Source: Parcubacteria group bacterium (GTDB lineage Bacteria; Patescibacteriota; Patescibacteriia; Buchananbacterales; UBA6539). Taken from it: a DNA stretch of 64,000 bases. The translations under genes and the position numbers were made by a program. The notes under the pieces are model-generated. The model ran no database searches. It had not been told where the DNA came from and was given only the letters and a program-made list of their open reading frames with translations. Below, in pieces: positions 61,209 to 64,000 of this stretch. The first letter of the stretch is position 1. The number at the start of each line of letters is the position of its first letter. The stretch lies in assembly GCA_002687175.1 (NCBI GenBank), contig NYZP01000001.1, positions 78,236 to 142,235 on the forward strand, in the 5' to 3' direction.

Positions 61209-62201
61209 ATGCCCCAAGCCGGATACAACTATGCCTCCGCCAAAATAAGAGCCTTGGAACCAGCAATTTTGGATGTTACGGACATGGAAAGAATGGCTGA
61301 TGCTCCTGATTTTGCTACCGCCTTCAAAGTCTTAAATGACACTGACTACGCTGATAATTTATTAGATGTTGATGCTTTGGAATATCGTCAGGCTTTAAAA
61401 GATGATTATCGTCAACTTTACGATCTACTTAAAGACATTACGCCAAATAATGATCTATTTAAACTAATCTTTATTGAACGTGACATTGTCAATATTAAAC
61501 TCTTGTTTAAGGCTAAATTTTTTGAGGTTGAGGTTGATGCCATGCTAAGAGACAACACTATTTATCAATCTAGTCACTTGAAAGAATTTATTTTTGATAA
61601 AAAAGATAGTGGTCTAGATCAAGATATTAAAGATTTAATCAACAATGTAGAAAAAATTATTGATGAGTCCAGTCGGCCGGATTTTATTGATTCAATAATA
61701 ACTAAGGAATACTTTAGGCTAATAAAAAAAATAGCTAAAAAAATTAACAACCAGTTAGTTGATCAGTTGATCATCAGTCAAATAAACAATGCCAATATCT
61801 TAACTTGGCTACGAGCCAAAAGATTGGGCTTGGCTAAGGAACGACTTGCTGAAAAATTGGTTACCGGTGGTAATATTGATCCAAAAAAACTTATTGATCA
61901 ATATTCTGAAGAAGTTAAAAATATCAGAACTTTAATAAATGTTTATTATGACAAGCAAGTAATTGAGGCTCTTGATAACTACGCCGAGAATAATTTACTG
62001 TTTGAATTTGAAAAAGCTTTAGAAGATTATAAAACAAGAGTTGTCCAGAAAACTCAGCGCATTGCCGCTGGTCCAGAAGTAATTTACGCCTATCACCTAG
62101 CTAAACAAAATGCCGTCGCTAACATTAGGATAATTTTAACTGGTAAATTAAATAATATTTCGGGCGAAGAAATTAAAAAAACTCTTAGACTTGTTAAATA
62201 A
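61209..62201 (+). CDS. atpC: V/A-type ATPase subunit C (d)
   Basis: 330 aa all-helical, in the canonical operon position. Confidence 0.7.
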   Translation: MPQAGYNYASAKIRALEPAILDVTDMERMADAPDFATAFKVLNDTDYADNLLDVDALEYRQALKDDYRQLYDLLKDITPNNDLFKLIFIERDIVNIKLLFKAKFFEVEVDAMLRDNTIYQSSHLKEFIFDKKDSGLDQDIKDLINNVEKIIDESSRPDFIDSIITKEYFRLIKKIAKKINNQLVDQLIISQINNANILTWLRAKRLGLAKERLAEKLVTGGNIDPKKLIDQYSEEVKNIRTLINVYYDKQVIEALDNYAENNLLFEFEKALEDYKTRVVQKTQRIAAGPEVIYAYHLAKQNAVANIRIILTGKLNNISGEEIKKTLRLVK

Positions 62202-62526
62202 TATGAAACTAAAAATTGCAATAATTGGTAGTGGTGATGCGGTTGCTGGTTTTAAAGCAGTCGGCGTTGATGCCATGCCCGTTAAAACTACAGAAGAAGC
62301 CGAGGCTAAAGTAAAGGAAGTTTATGATTCCACGGAATATGCAACCTTGTTTATCACTGAAGACTGGATTGATCAAATAAAAGATTTTTTAGACGAACTA
62401 CCAGCCAAGGCCTTGCCAGCTATTGTGGCAATTCCGTCGCAAGCTGGTTCAACCGGTGCTGGGTTGGATAATTTAAAAAAAATTGTTGAGCAAGCAGTTG
62501 GCTCAGATATTTTATCAAATGAATAA
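62191..62526 (+). CDS. atpF: V/A-type ATPase subunit F
   Basis: 111 aa, starting KIAIIGSGDAVAGFKAVGVDA. Confidence 0.75.
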   Translation: MLNNMKLKIAIIGSGDAVAGFKAVGVDAMPVKTTEEAEAKVKEVYDSTEYATLFITEDWIDQIKDFLDELPAKALPAIVAIPSQAGSTGAGLDNLKKIVEQAVGSDILSNE

Positions 62527-62551
62527 GTAATAAAAATAACTAAAAATAATT

Positions 62552-64000
62552 ATGAGCGAAAAAGCAGGAAAAATAATAAAGGTTGCCGGGCCATTGGTCG
62601 TGGCTTCTGGCATGAAAGGGGCGAAGATGTATGAAGTGGTTCAAGTTTCAGACCAAAAATTAATTGGCGAAATTATTGAGCTTAAAGATGATACTGCCTC
62701 AATTCAAGTTTACGAAGAAACCTCCGGCCTTGGACCCGGCGAGCCAGTTTACCAAACTGGTAAACCATTATCAGTTGAATTAGGACCGGGACTTTTAAAA
62801 TCAATCTATGATGGCATTCAACGTCCATTAAACTTGATCCGTGAACAAGCCGGTGACTACATTACTCGAGGAGTTGAAGTGCCTTCGTTAGATCGTGAAA
62901 AAACCTGGAAGTTCACTCCGGTAGTCAAAGATGGTGATGAAGTCTCAGAAGGTGATATTTTAGGGGAAGTTCCCGAATCAGCAACTATTGTTCATAAAGT
63001 AATGGTACCACCAGGCGTTACCGGCAAAGTAGAAAATATAAAAGCTGGAGATTTTAATATTGTTGAACCAATCGCAAAAGTTGGTGGCAAAAATGTGGCC
63101 ATGCTCCAAGTTTGGCCAATTCGTAAACCTCGTCCAGTTAAACAAAAATTGGTGCCAACCGAACCATTAATTACTGGTCAAAGATCAATTGATACTTTTT
63201 TTCCAGTGGTCAAAGGCGGAGCCGCTTGTATTCCAGGACCATTTGGCTCTGGCAAAACCGTCACCCAGCATCAATTAGCAAAATGGGCTGATGCGGACAT
63301 AATTATCTTTATTGGTTGCGGTGAACGGGGAAATGAAATGACCGAAGTGCTGATTGAATTCCCTGAATTAATTGACCCTAAATCTGGCAAAGCCTTGATG
63401 GAACGAACTGTCTTGATTGCCAACACTTCAAATATGCCAGTAGCCGCTCGTGAAGCTTCTATTTATACTGGAATGACTTTAGCGGAATATTACCGTGACA
63501 TGGGCTATAATGTTGCTCTGATGGCCGACTCAACCTCGCGTTGGGCTGAAGCCTTACGTGAAATGTCTGGTCGACTTGAAGAAATGCCTGGTGAGGAAGG
63601 TTATCCAGCCTATCTTGGTTCACGAACCGCTTCTTTTTACGAACGGGCTGGTTATATTAAATGTTTGGGTAGTGATGACAGTAAAGAGCGAATCGGATCA
63701 TTAACCGCCATTGGTGCGGTCTCCCCTCCTGGTGGAGACTTATCTGAACCAGTTACTCAAAATACCTTACGTGTGGTAAAGGTTTTCTGGGGACTTGATG
63801 CTGCCTTAGCTTACCGTCGTCATTTTCCAGCTATTAACTGGTTAACCAGCTACTCGCTATATATTAAAGATATTGAAGATTATACTAAGAAAAATTATGG
63901 TTCTGATTGGCCAGATATGGTTAGAGAGTCTTTGAACTTACTCCAGGAAGAAGCTAAGCTAGAAGAAATCGTCAGACTGGTTGGTGTTGAGTCGTTATCG
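62552..64000 (+). CDS. atpA: V/A-type ATPase catalytic subunit A, 5' part (runs off the window end)
   Basis: ATG at 62552. [11 protein letters not shown] ... P-loop GPFGSGKT ... [14 protein letters not shown]. Not in the ORF track because it is truncated. Confidence 0.9.
   Translation, partial: MSEKAGKIIKVAGPLVVASGMKGAKMYEVVQVSDQKLIGEIIELKDDTASIQVYEETSGLGPGEPVYQTGKPLSVELGPGLLKSIYDGIQRPLNLIREQAGDYITRGVEVPSLDREKTWKFTPVVKDGDEVSEGDILGEVPESATIVHKVMVPPGVTGKVENIKAGDFNIVEPIAKVGGKNVAMLQVWPIRKPRPVKQKLVPTEPLITGQRSIDTFFPVVKGGAACIPGPFGSGKTVTQHQLAKWADADIIIFIGCGERGNEMTEVLIEFPELIDPKSGKALMERTVLIANTSNMPVAAREASIYTGMTLAEYYRDMGYNVALMADSTSRWAEALREMSGRLEEMPGEEGYPAYLGSRTASFYERAGYIKCLGSDDSKERIGSLTAIGAVSPPGGDLSEPVTQNTLRVVKVFWGLDAALAYRRHFPAINWLTSYSLYIKDIEDYTKKNYGSDWPDMVRESLNLLQEEAKLEEIVRLVGVESLS

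Overview
This is an AT-rich (~35% GC) bacterial chromosomal segment. Gene content and architecture are consistent with a small-genome Patescibacteria/CPR-like organism; that assignment is inference.

Core genes: glycolysis (gpmI partial, eno, pgk, gap), tsf and rpsB, gyrB, secE-nusG-rplK-rplA, gatB, thrS, pheS-pheT, dnaE and a UvrD-like helicase-nuclease. The window also holds a complete thymidylate module (dCMP deaminase, dNMP-kinase-like, dut, thyA, folA, tmk), a fused miaB-miaA gene, and a V/A-type ATPase operon (G/H-I-K-E-C-F-A...) that runs off the 3' end.

Superimposed on this AT-rich backbone are four discrete high-GC (~50%) blocks that look horizontally acquired:
- 13436-14428: one unknown protein.
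- 34961-38645: two large secreted/surface proteins.
- 41615-42523: an unknown protein with a histone-H1-like K/A-rich N-terminus.
- 55003-57330: a PyrE-like PRTase plus a UMP-synthase-like pyrE-pyrF pair in one reading frame, interrupted by a single in-frame TGA.

The intergenic space carries several families of GC-rich palindromic (REP/MITE-like) repeats. Two ~122-bp copies, ~92% identical, sit in inverted orientation and bracket 8.3 kb containing tsf, rpsB, gyrB and one high-GC gene. Next to a degenerate IS200-like TnpA fragment lies a ~400-bp GC-rich region, rich in UUCG/GNRA tetraloops, that looks like a structured non-coding RNA.

No rRNA, tRNA or CRISPR array was recognised. All calls are from reading the sequence and translations; no database searches were run.
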